Origin: Candidatus Sericytochromatia bacterium
Lineage (GTDB): Bacteria > Cyanobacteriota > Sericytochromatia > S15B-MN24 > VGJW01
NCBI GenBank assembly: GCA_035285865.1
Contig: JAYKHS010000028.1
Coordinates: forward strand, 44,044-108,043
Length of the DNA stretch: 64,000 nucleotides
Direction of reading: 5' to 3'
Below are positions 36,756 through 45,170 of this stretch, piece after piece. Position 1 is the first letter of the stretch; each line of letters begins with the position of its first letter. The notes under the pieces are model-generated. The model did not search any database and was not told the origin of the DNA. It saw nothing but the letters and a program-made list of their open reading frames with translations. The position numbers and the translations under genes were made by a program.

Positions 36756-37688
36756 TTAGTGCATGCTCCACGTGCGTGAGGCTGCCACGCGGCCGATATT
36801 CTGCCTGAGTCGCTGGCCAATGCCAGGCTCCGCTGCGACCAGGCGAGCATAGTCCTCCAGGAGAAAGACCAGGGCCTTGCTGGCGGCGACAGCCGTGACC
36901 GTGGCACTGCGCACGGGTTTGCTCTGGATCAGGGCTGTCTCACCGACGATCTGATCCGGACCCAGACGCGCGAGCGCGAACGGACGACCATTCTGAATCA
37001 CGGAGACCTCGAGTTGGCCTTCGAGGATCAACAGGAAGCTCGTGGCCGGATCTCCGGTCTGGAAGAGCTCCATGCCTTCGGCAAGAGGGACCACGCGTGC
37101 CACGGACTCGAGGGCGAGGCGTTGTTCATCCGTCAGACCCGAGAAGACCGGATGCCGCCGGATGCGTTCGAGTCGCGCCGCGCGCTCCTCCGAGATGCCC
37201 GTGGGTTTGGGCATCGCGAACTTGCCAGTCTTCGGGGCCTGAGCGTTGGCTGGTTCGGGCTCAGGCTTCTTCTTGGACTGGCTCGCCCACTCCCGCGTGG
37301 CCACGACCCGCCCGAGGTTGCTCCGAAGCGTCCTGCCCAGCTTGGGGTCCTGCTCGCTCAGCGCCTGATAGCCTGCGTACATGAAGCGATAGAGCTTGGC
37401 ATCGGAAACGGCCACGACATCGGCTCGTCGTTCGGTGTCGTGCTGGATCAGGGGCATCTCGCCCACAAGCTGTCCCGGAGCGATGGTGGCGACCGCCATG
37501 TCCTGAACCCGCACCTCGAGACGGCCTTCCACCAGCATGAAGAAGGCGTCTGCCTCGTCTCCCGTTCGGATGACGGCCTGACCCGCCTTTGCCGTGACCC
37601 GTTCCGCAATGGCAAAAAGCGCATCCAACTCAGCGGCCGAGAGGCCCATGAACGCAGGCAGCATCTGCAATCGGGCATGGTTCAACAT
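36756..37688 (-). CDS. tandem cyclic-nucleotide-binding (cNMP/CAP-family effector) domain protein
   Basis: Two copies of the cNMP-binding core (GDEADAFFMLVEGRLEV ... GEMPLIQ and GDPATSFLLILEGQLEV ... GETALIQ). No DNA-binding domain detected. Confidence 0.7.
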   Translation of the reverse strand: MLNHARLQMLPAFMGLSAAELDALFAIAERVTAKAGQAVIRTGDEADAFFMLVEGRLEVRVQDMAVATIAPGQLVGEMPLIQHDTERRADVVAVSDAKLYRFMYAGYQALSEQDPKLGRTLRSNLGRVVATREWASQSKKKPEPEPANAQAPKTGKFAMPKPTGISEERAARLERIRRHPVFSGLTDEQRLALESVARVVPLAEGMELFQTGDPATSFLLILEGQLEVSVIQNGRPFALARLGPDQIVGETALIQSKPVRSATVTAVAASKALVFLLEDYARLVAAEPGIGQRLRQNIGRVAASRTWSMH

Positions 37689-37775
37689 CCTGCGGCTTCC
37701 TCTGCCATGCACCTACCCGTCCGGAGAGCAGGTAAACGGGGGTGGCGACGGCCACAGACGGACCCACGGTCGTCG

Positions 37776-39782
37776 GTGCATCGTCAAACCGTGCTGCAAC
37801 GTCGACGTGTCGCCCGAGGACGGCACTTGCCCGTGGTCGCGGCCCTGCTCTGGGTCGCGGACCTCCCCGTTGCGCGCGCGGCACCCGGGCCTGTGGCTGG
37901 TCCCGTGGCGCCTGCCGTGCACGAACGCCTCGGGGAGCTGCGTCTGGTGGGGCTGGCCGGGGTTGTCCGCAGCAGGTTCAAGTTGTCGAATCCGGATCGC
38001 GAGGTCCTGGACCTGTTCGGTGTGCAGCCTCCTCCGGCCTACTGCGCCTCGCGCGTCTGGGAGGATGCTCGTGGCCGGGTGCTTTTGCGCAGCGGTTGGG
38101 ATGCTGCGCTGCGCCGCTGGCGCTTCGTCCGTTCTGCCGGAGACGGCGCGGGTGCCGACGTCGAGGATGCCGGCGGCACGTTGGTCTTCCGTGGGCCGGG
38201 GCTGCACGCCGCCCTGAAGGGTGCATTCGCCCCCGTGATGATGCGTCCGAATGGACGTACCGGTGCGACGGCCTCGGTCGGCGTTGCACCCGGCACGGCG
38301 ACCGCCGGGACGCCGCGTCCGACGGGCCCTGCGGTCCCGACTGCGCCACCCGTTCGTCTGGTCACGCGGCCTTTCGACCCACCCGAGCCATTGGCAACAT
38401 GGGGGCCGTTGCTGCCTCTGTGGCAACCCGCGCCCCGTGCATCCGTCCGACCGATCCCATCCGTGCGTCCTGCGAATCCGACACCTGCTCCCAGGCACTC
38501 AATGCTTCCGCCGGCGACGGCGGCCGTTGCTGTCGTCCTGCCACCGCTTCCGCTACCCCCGTTGCATGGCGTTCATCCTCGTCAGACCGTGCGGACTGGC
38601 CCGGAGTTGTTGGGCCCCTTCCTGCCGGCCATGTATCTCGGACCTCCGGTGCCCCGGGCCGTTGGGCAGCCAGCGGTCGGGGCTGCCGACGGTGGGCCGC
38701 ATGGGCGTGCCCTTGCTGCAAACGGATCTTCTCGACCGGCGTGGGAAGTCGTCCGTCACGGTACCGATGACGAGGGTGAACCGGATGTGCTGGCGCAGGC
38801 ACCTTGGCCGCGGTCGCCGCAGCGCATCGAGCGACTGTCGCTCCGGAAGCAGCGCCAGGACACGGTCTTCGAGGTCGTGGCAGCCGGGGCGCTGACGGTC
38901 TGGATGGAGGCCCAGCCCCGTGACGCGCGCTGGATCCTGCGCTTCCCCAGGGCCGAAGTCCCGGCGGCCCCGCCACGTCCGCGCGGGGCGACGCGCCGAC
39001 TTGCGCTCGGGCGCGACACGCGATCGTGGATACTCACGCTGGAACTGGATCCCGGCCAGTATGACGTCGAGGAGACGCGCATCAATGATGGTCGCGGCCT
39101 GCAATTGCGTTTCCATCGCCGCAGAACCGTGCCGGGGGATCGACCGGTGGTCGTGCTCGATCCGGGTCACGGCGGGGCGGACCCTGGTGCACGGGGCCCG
39201 ATGGGGGTCACGGAGAGTCAGGTCACGCTCGACGTGTCCCGACGCCTGCGTCCCCTCCTGGAACATGCCGGCTTCCACGTGGTGCCCACCCGGACGATCG
39301 ATGCCGCCGTTCGCCTCGGCGATCGCGCAGCACTTGCCGAAAGCCTGGACGCCACTGCCCTGATCAGCATCCATTGCAATTCCAGCCCGTTGCGCGAGGC
39401 CCGGGGCATCGAGACGTGGTTCCGCCACGAGGCCGGGTCGGGGCTCGCGCGCAAGGTGCACGAAGCGCTGGTCAAGGCCACGGGGCGTCCAGATCGAGGT
39501 GTCCGCCAGGGGCGTCTGATGGTGCTCAAGACGCCCGGCCTGCCGGGTGTCCTGGTGGAGATAGGGTTCCTGTCCCATCCCGACGAGGGCAACAGGCTCC
39601 TCGACGAGGAGCATCAGGCCCAGATGGCCGAGGGACTGGCACGCGGCCTTCGGCTGCTGGTCGAATCTGGCGAAGGAGCTGGAACCGTGGGGCGGCGGCG
39701 TCTACAGGACCAGCGAACTGGTGAGCCAAAGGTAGGAGCCCTTGGCATTCCCGAAAAGGCCCCCCACCGTCCCCGTGGCTAG
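37776..39782 (+). CDS. amiC: N-acetylmuramoyl-L-alanine amidase (AMIN-like N-region + Amidase_3 catalytic domain). Start uncertain.
   Basis: C-terminal Amidase_3 motifs (VVLDPGHGG.DPGA, SIHCNS, ETWF). Candidate Tat-like signal (QRRRVARGRHLPVVAALLWVA) if the GTG at 37776 is the start. The upstream part of the 922-aa ORF is antisense to the cNMP gene and is not considered coding. Confidence 0.65.
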   Translation: MHRQTVLQRRRVARGRHLPVVAALLWVADLPVARAAPGPVAGPVAPAVHERLGELRLVGLAGVVRSRFKLSNPDREVLDLFGVQPPPAYCASRVWEDARGRVLLRSGWDAALRRWRFVRSAGDGAGADVEDAGGTLVFRGPGLHAALKGAFAPVMMRPNGRTGATASVGVAPGTATAGTPRPTGPAVPTAPPVRLVTRPFDPPEPLATWGPLLPLWQPAPRASVRPIPSVRPANPTPAPRHSMLPPATAAVAVVLPPLPLPPLHGVHPRQTVRTGPELLGPFLPAMYLGPPVPRAVGQPAVGAADGGPHGRALAANGSSRPAWEVVRHGTDDEGEPDVLAQAPWPRSPQRIERLSLRKQRQDTVFEVVAAGALTVWMEAQPRDARWILRFPRAEVPAAPPRPRGATRRLALGRDTRSWILTLELDPGQYDVEETRINDGRGLQLRFHRRRTVPGDRPVVVLDPGHGGADPGARGPMGVTESQVTLDVSRRLRPLLEHAGFHVVPTRTIDAAVRLGDRAALAESLDATALISIHCNSSPLREARGIETWFRHEAGSGLARKVHEALVKATGRPDRGVRQGRLMVLKTPGLPGVLVEIGFLSHPDEGNRLLDEEHQAQMAEGLARGLRLLVESGEGAGTVGRRRLQDQRTGEPKVGALGIPEKAPHRPRG

Positions 39783-41114
39783 ATCCAGCCTGAAGAAGCG
39801 CAGATCCAATCCGAGGCCCACGCCACCCATCGGATAGGCACCGCCGAGGCGGACACCGGTGCGCAGGGCCAGCCAGCGTCCCAGCGGCCGGCCTTCGAGG
39901 CCCATGGATACCTGAGGGTTGCGTGAGACCCCGAAGCCCTCGCCAAGTCCCTGGGAAAGATCCATGGCGAAGCTGTAGGGAGACCGGGCATCTCCGAGAA
40001 TGTCCGACAGCCTGCCGCGCAGGCCGAGGTCGCCTTCCCAGGCGAGGCCACCGCGCAGCAGCAGTGGCACGGTGACCGTTCGCCGAGCTTCACCGTCTCG
40101 TGAGCCGATTCCGTACTGCGTGACGTCCGAAAAGTCCGGGGCCTTGGGCGTGCCGCCCGAGAGGTCCAGCCCCAGGGTGGTCGGCGGCAGGACCAGGTCG
40201 ACGGTCTTGTCCGTCCAAGGGCCTGCCTGCAAGGTGCTGCCGATGTTCGCTGCCATGACGCTCCACGTGACGTTGTCATTCCAGCGATTGGCGAAGCCGA
40301 TGTCGAACAGCAGGCTTTCCTGCGGCCGGGGTGGCGCGATGGCCGTCGGTGCGGAGAGCACGCCTTCGTAGCGGAGGTGACCATTGGCTGACAGACGTCC
40401 CTCCTCGTCGACCGTAAGGGCAGAACCCGAGGCCTCCGTGACGGAAGCAAATGCCATCGCCGGGATATAGCGCGCCGTGATCCCCAGGGACGAGGCCTTG
40501 CCCAAGCCCAGGGGCAGGGGAATGGCGTGCGAGACGGCGACATTCGCGACGCCGTAGGCTGCTGCCCCCTGCAAGCCGGCGAGCGGAATCGAGGAGGCGT
40601 TGGCGTTGCCACGCAGGAGGAGGTCGACGAGCCCTCGGGGAATGCCGATGTTGCGGATGCTGGTGTCGAGGGTGGCCGAGATGCCGGTGCGGAGGAACGG
40701 ACTGGCAACGGCGACGCGCACCCCGCCATCCCCGATCAGGCCCACGCCTTCTTCGGGGAGACCGGCAGCGAACGTGGCCCATTCCGCCTCTGTGAACGTG
40801 CGGCGCTTGCCATCAGCATCCGGCAGCAGGGTGCGCAGCGTGTCGAAGGAGGCAAAGGTGTTGCCTAATCCGGCGCCGACGCTGGAACTGAACAGCAGGA
40901 AATTGCCCGGCGCGCGCCGAGGCATGGCCAGCAGGGCAGGGTTCCACAGGCCTTGATCGGCTTCGTCCGCGATGGCGGATTGGGCGCCACCCATGCCCAT
41001 CGCCCTTGCCGTGCTGCTGCCTGAGGCTGAGGCCGGGTTCGCCAGGCCGGCAAGGCTCAGCAGGGCGAGGCCAAGGCCGGCCACGACGGGCTTGCGGTTG
41101 CGCAAGGGCATCAT
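39702..41114 (-). CDS. outer membrane beta-barrel protein (putative)
   Basis: Signal peptide (LALLSLAGLANPASA). Gly/aromatic-rich. Alternating amphipathic strands. Confidence 0.5.
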   Translation of the reverse strand: MMPLRNRKPVVAGLGLALLSLAGLANPASASGSSTARAMGMGGAQSAIADEADQGLWNPALLAMPRRAPGNFLLFSSSVGAGLGNTFASFDTLRTLLPDADGKRRTFTEAEWATFAAGLPEEGVGLIGDGGVRVAVASPFLRTGISATLDTSIRNIGIPRGLVDLLLRGNANASSIPLAGLQGAAAYGVANVAVSHAIPLPLGLGKASSLGITARYIPAMAFASVTEASGSALTVDEEGRLSANGHLRYEGVLSAPTAIAPPRPQESLLFDIGFANRWNDNVTWSVMAANIGSTLQAGPWTDKTVDLVLPPTTLGLDLSGGTPKAPDFSDVTQYGIGSRDGEARRTVTVPLLLRGGLAWEGDLGLRGRLSDILGDARSPYSFAMDLSQGLGEGFGVSRNPQVSMGLEGRPLGRWLALRTGVRLGGAYPMGGVGLGLDLRFFRLDLATGTVGGLFGNAKGSYLWLTSSLVL

Positions 41115-43570
41115 CGGGCACCTCCCGAGGCCTTGAGCAGCTCGGGTGACAGGAGGACGCCGAGGTAGGCCTTGAGGCGGAGGCGCAACTCTGCCGAGTT
41201 CCGGATCTCGAGTGCTTGGCCGTTGCTTCCCGACGAAACCGCACGGATGCTCAGGTTACGGATGTCCGGCAGCGCGGCCACCTCGTCCGGTCCGAGATCC
41301 AACAGCGACACCGCCGTACTGCCGTCCGCGCTACCTAGGCGCAGCGTCCGCGAAAACGCCGCGCTGCCGTCCTGTTTCAGAAAGTCCAACAGGATGTCGA
41401 TGGGCAGGCCCCAGCCGTTGTCGATGCGGAACTCGAGCGACACGCGGCGTAGATGCTTGCGCAACTGGTCCAGCGTCGTGGCGTCCAAGCTGGCGGACAG
41501 GTCGAGCGGGCTGGTCGAGGCCGGCGGCCCGGGCCGCTGTCTGCCGGGGCCGAACTCGTTGTAGCGCAGGGCCAGTGGCATGGCCAGCTTCAGGGAACCG
41601 CCCATCCGGTCGGCACGGGTCAGGCGCACGGAGGCCCCCTCCCCCACGAGGAGGCGGGAGTTGATGCGCAGTTCATCGATGCCCAGCGCGATCAAGTCCA
41701 GCAGGTCGGTGTTCCGTTCGTTCAGTTCCAGGACCGTGGATTGCGTGGCCGCAGGCGCACCGGCAGCGAATGCCCCGTCGAAGGCGTCGGGTCCGGTCGT
41801 CTCGAAGCGGACGGAGGCTGTCGCCGGGCAGCCGTTGCTGCCGGGAAAGAGGTCCGCACAAGTCTGGGCCGAGGCCGAAGCCGAGATGCTCGCTTCGAGG
41901 CGTGGGTCGAACCGTCCGACGATGCCACTGGCATTGTCGAGGCGGACTTGCATCGTGAAACGCCCCGGCAGGATGCCGTAATCAAGGAAGTCCGAGGGCA
42001 GAGCGATGGGTGCTTGCGCCGGTACGGCCTCGGTTCTGTCGATCTTCGCCTGCAAGGTCGTGATGCCGATAGGCGAAAGCGAGACCGTGCCCGACGCTTC
42101 CTGGCTGGTGACGAGGGTTGCGGGCACCCGGACGCCGCCGCGAAGGTGACTGCGGTCTGCCGTCGTGGCCAGAAGGTTCACCTGGGCCGCGATGGCGATG
42201 CCCTTGATGGGCGTGCCTTGGTCATCCGTCAGGGCCCGGGGACGCATCTTCGTGCCGGCGAGGTCCAGCGTCCACGTGACGGTCTGTCGTGCGTTGATGC
42301 CGAGGCGCAGGCCGCCGCCCGGCAGCGTGCTCGAGGGAGGGGCAGTGCCCGCATCGACCGTGGCTCGGGCCGACGTGAGGTTTTCGAGACCCTCGAATGT
42401 CAGGTCCAGGTCCAGATCGGCATCGAGGCCGTTGGCCATCGTCAGCCGCAGCGAGCCCGAGGCGAGGTCGACTTCCTCCAGGTCCAGGATGCCCTGGTCC
42501 TGCGGCAGCTGAGCAGCGATGTCGACGGCCTTGCGGATGGCCTGCTTCAAGGCGTCGGGAGTCGGGAATCGCGGTGAACCGGCGTCATTGCGGCCCATCG
42601 CGGGCAGGTTCACGTCCACCTCGTCGGGCAAGATGGTCACGGCCGTCGTGCCCACGGCAAACGAACCGTTGTCGAGGTCGATGTCTCCGATGCGTGTGCC
42701 CACCGGCACCGTGCCGCTGATCCGGACGGCCATAGAAAGGGGGGGCAGGAGCTCACCGGTCAACGGCATGGTGACGTTCGCCGCGCTCTTGGCTCCGATG
42801 GCACGCACTACGCGTTGCAACTCCGTGCCGGCCCTGTCCGTCAGCACCATGGTCAAGTTCGCGTTCGTGACTGTGTCGTTGGTGATGGGGATGACCAGCT
42901 CGGAACCTGCTTTGAGGCGCATCGCCACGACTTCCGGGGGCATCTCGACCGGAATGCGGGTGGTGGGGCTGGGCCCGAAGGCCAGTTCGGGCACAGTCAC
43001 ATTGGTGAGGAGAGGGTTTGCCAAGGCCGTCGCGAGCGGGATGTTCACGGGGCCGGCGATGGGATCCACGACGGGAATGTTCACGTTGCCGAGGCCCGTG
43101 TCTGCGAGAAGGATTGGAGCTGGGGCAGGCACGGTCGTGCTCAGGTCCGGCAGATTGATGGGCGCGGACGGGATGTCGAAGCTGAGCGGGATGGGGATGT
43201 CCTTGTCGAGGAACGTGCCGAGTTCGACGGGTCCGAAGGTGGCCACCTCGGAAGCGTAGGTCGGAACGTCGTTGGAGTCCGTCGACCAGGAGCTGGCAGC
43301 CGGACCCTTGGCAAGTGACTTCTGGAAGACCAGGTCCCCGAAAGTGGCCTTCGTGTCGCCGAGTTGCACCGTCAGGGCCACGGGGAAGTCCGGCAGTGCC
43401 GACAGGAAGTCAGGGGAGGACTTGCCCTCGCTGTCGGTGGTCTTCGGGATGCGATCCGCCAGGTACAGCACGTCCTGAATGCCGCAGCCGGCGAGCACCA
43501 TCGCGAGTGCGGAGGCAGCGGTCAGGAGGGACGGGCTCTGGCGCAAGCAGGGATCCTCCATCGTGCTACC
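41111..43570 (-). CDS. large lipoprotein (about 819 aa), unknown function
   Basis: Lipobox LAMVLAGCG after MEDPCLRQ. The stop overlaps the downstream OMP start by 4 nt. The ORF track extends 180 aa further upstream, but that stretch is R/P-rich low-complexity and was excluded. Confidence 0.55.
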   Translation of the reverse strand, partial: GSTMEDPCLRQSPSLLTAASALAMVLAGCGIQDVLYLADRIPKTTDSEGKSSPDFLSALPDFPVALTVQLGDTKATFGDLVFQKSLAKGPAASSWSTDSNDVPTYASEVATFGPVELGTFLDKDIPIPLSFDIPSAPINLPDLSTTVPAPAPILLADTGLGNVNIPVVDPIAGPVNIPLATALANPLLTNVTVPELAFGPSPTTRIPVEMPPEVVAMRLKAGSELVIPITNDTVTNANLTMVLTDRAGTELQRVVRAIGAKSAANVTMPLTGELLPPLSMAVRISGTVPVGTRIGDIDLDNGSFAVGTTAVTILPDEVDVNLPAMGRNDAGSPRFPTPDALKQAIRKAVDIAAQLPQDQGILDLEEVDLASGSLRLTMANGLDADLDLDLTFEGLENLTSARATVDAGTAPPSSTLPGGGLRLGINARQTVTWTLDLAGTKMRPRALTDDQGTPIKGIAIAAQVNLLATTADRSHLRGGVRVPATLVTSQEASGTVSLSPIGITTLQAKIDRTEAVPAQAPIALPSDFLDYGILPGRFTMQVRLDNASGIVGRFDPRLEASISASASAQTCADLFPGSNGCPATASVRFETTGPDAFDGAFAAGAPAATQSTVLELNERNTDLLDLIALGIDELRINSRLLVGEGASVRLTRADRMGGSLKLAMPLALRYNEFGPGRQRPGPPASTSPLDLSASLDATTLDQLRKHLRRVSLEFRIDNGWGLPIDILLDFLKQDGSAAFSRTLRLGSADGSTAVSLLDLGPDEVAALPDIRNLSIRAVSSGSNGQALEIRNSAELRLRLKAYLGVLLSPELLKASGGAR

Positions 43571-43580
43571 ATCGGTGCAC

Positions 43581-44553
43581 CATGATAGATCACGGGGACG
43601 GACCGTTCCTTCCTGCCGATTGGGAGGCGGGCTGGCAGGTCTGGCTGCGTGCCGCATTGTGGCAGCGGGCCGTTGCGGAACAGGGCGCAGGGGATGCCGC
43701 CCGTCGGGCTGTCCTCCAGCGGCAGGTCCCCGATGTCGCGCCCCTCGTCTCGGCGGACTGGGTCGGCGCTTTTGCGGGCACGGGCTCCGCGCCTCCCTGG
43801 CCGGGCGGCTTGCCCGAGAAGCTTGCCGGGATGCTTGAGGAGCTCGAGGCTGCCCTGCTGCGGATCGGTTTCTGCGAGGTGCCCTCGGCCTACATGGCCT
43901 GGTTGGACCCGGGCTGGGGCGCGTGGCCGCCGGCGGCGCTTGCGCCGCGCCCTGTGGAGCGCGACGAGACCGGCTTCGTGCCGTTGCCCGTCGGTGAGGT
44001 CGCGCTGCCCCTTGCCTGGCCTGCGGCCATCGCGTCGGTGGGCCAGCCCGTGGGAGGTTGTCCGCCCAGGGACTGGTCTGCATTGCTCCTGCTGGCGCGG
44101 TCACTGCGCCGCGCCCGGGCCGGGATGCCGGCCGTCCTGGACCTCGGGGAAGAGTTCCCCCGTGGCGCTGTCGTTGCCGGAGTGGCCGAGCGGTTGCATG
44201 AAGGTCTGCTGGCCTCGGCCCTGCCCGTCTCCGCGTTGGCCGACGTCAGGGCCGGAATCGGAGCCCTGGGTGACGGAGCGGTGCTTCGCGGAGGTGCGCT
44301 TTATGCGGTCCTCGACGGCTTGCGTGAGGAGCCCGTGATGCCCTGGGAGCTCCAAGCGGGTGCTTGGCTGGCCTTTCGCACCATGAGGGCTGGATGGTCG
44401 GCCCAGGCCCTTGCGCATGCCGGAAGCCCGGCCGAGGCCACCGAACGCCTGGGAGCGATGGTCGGGGCCTTCATGGAGCTCGTGCGCAAGTCCCTGGAGA
44501 CGGCTGCGCTGCATCGCCTGTTGCGGGATGCCGTGCCCGGGAGGCCCGCATGA
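43581..44553 (+). CDS. hypothetical protein
   Basis: 324 aa from MIDHGDGPF. The stop overlaps the dcd start (ATGA). Confidence 0.45.
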
Positions 44554-45170
44554 TTCTGAACGAGCGGGACCTGCTCGAGCGCCTGACGACGTCGGATGAG
44601 CATCGGCGCGTGGTGGTCACGCCCATCATCGAGCCGCGCGAGCAATTCGGTCCTACATCTCTGGACATCCGCCTCGGCACCGACTTCAAGGTGGTCGACG
44701 TAGCCAATCTGACCCATCTGGACCCGGCCCGGACCATGGCCGACGAGCCCGTGCCCATGCGGGCCTACGAGGTGCGTCCGGGCAAGGCGTTCATCCTGCA
44801 TCCGGGCGAGTTCGCGCTGGGGGCGAGTCTCGAGTTCGTGCGCATCCCCGAGGATATTTCCGTCCGGGTCGAGGGGCGCTCGAGCTGGGGGCGGCTCGGC
44901 CTGCTCATTCACGCCACGGCGGGCTTCGTGGACCCCGGATTTTCGGGCAGCATCACCTTCGAACTCAACAACATCAGCCGAGTGCCCATCGCCCTGTACC
45001 CCGGCGTCCGCATTGCCCAGCTCTGCTTCTTCGAAGGACGTCCCACAGGCCTTCCATACGATCGCAAGACTTACACCAAGTACTCGGGCAAGACCGGCGC
45101 CTATGGCTCGAATGTCCATCGGGATCCGGAATATGCCCGGTTTCGTGATGCGGGGCCGGCCACGCCGTGA
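44550..45170 (+). CDS. dcd: dCTP deaminase
   Basis: MILNERDL N-terminus. Trimeric dUTPase-like motifs (VDPGFSGSITFELNN, RIAQL). About 206 aa. Confidence 0.85.
   Translation: MILNERDLLERLTTSDEHRRVVVTPIIEPREQFGPTSLDIRLGTDFKVVDVANLTHLDPARTMADEPVPMRAYEVRPGKAFILHPGEFALGASLEFVRIPEDISVRVEGRSSWGRLGLLIHATAGFVDPGFSGSITFELNNISRVPIALYPGVRIAQLCFFEGRPTGLPYDRKTYTKYSGKTGAYGSNVHRDPEYARFRDAGPATP

Noticed and set aside
37014-37775. Upstream portion of the 922-aa + strand ORF containing the amidase
   Set aside because: This part is antisense to the well-supported tandem cNMP-binding gene. The amidase more plausibly starts at the GTG at 37776, before a signal-like segment.
43571-44104. N-terminal 178-aa extension of the large lipoprotein ORF
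   Set aside because: Extremely R/P/A-rich low-complexity sequence upstream of a good Met followed by a lipobox. It overlaps the + strand gene 43581-44553 and is more likely untranslated.
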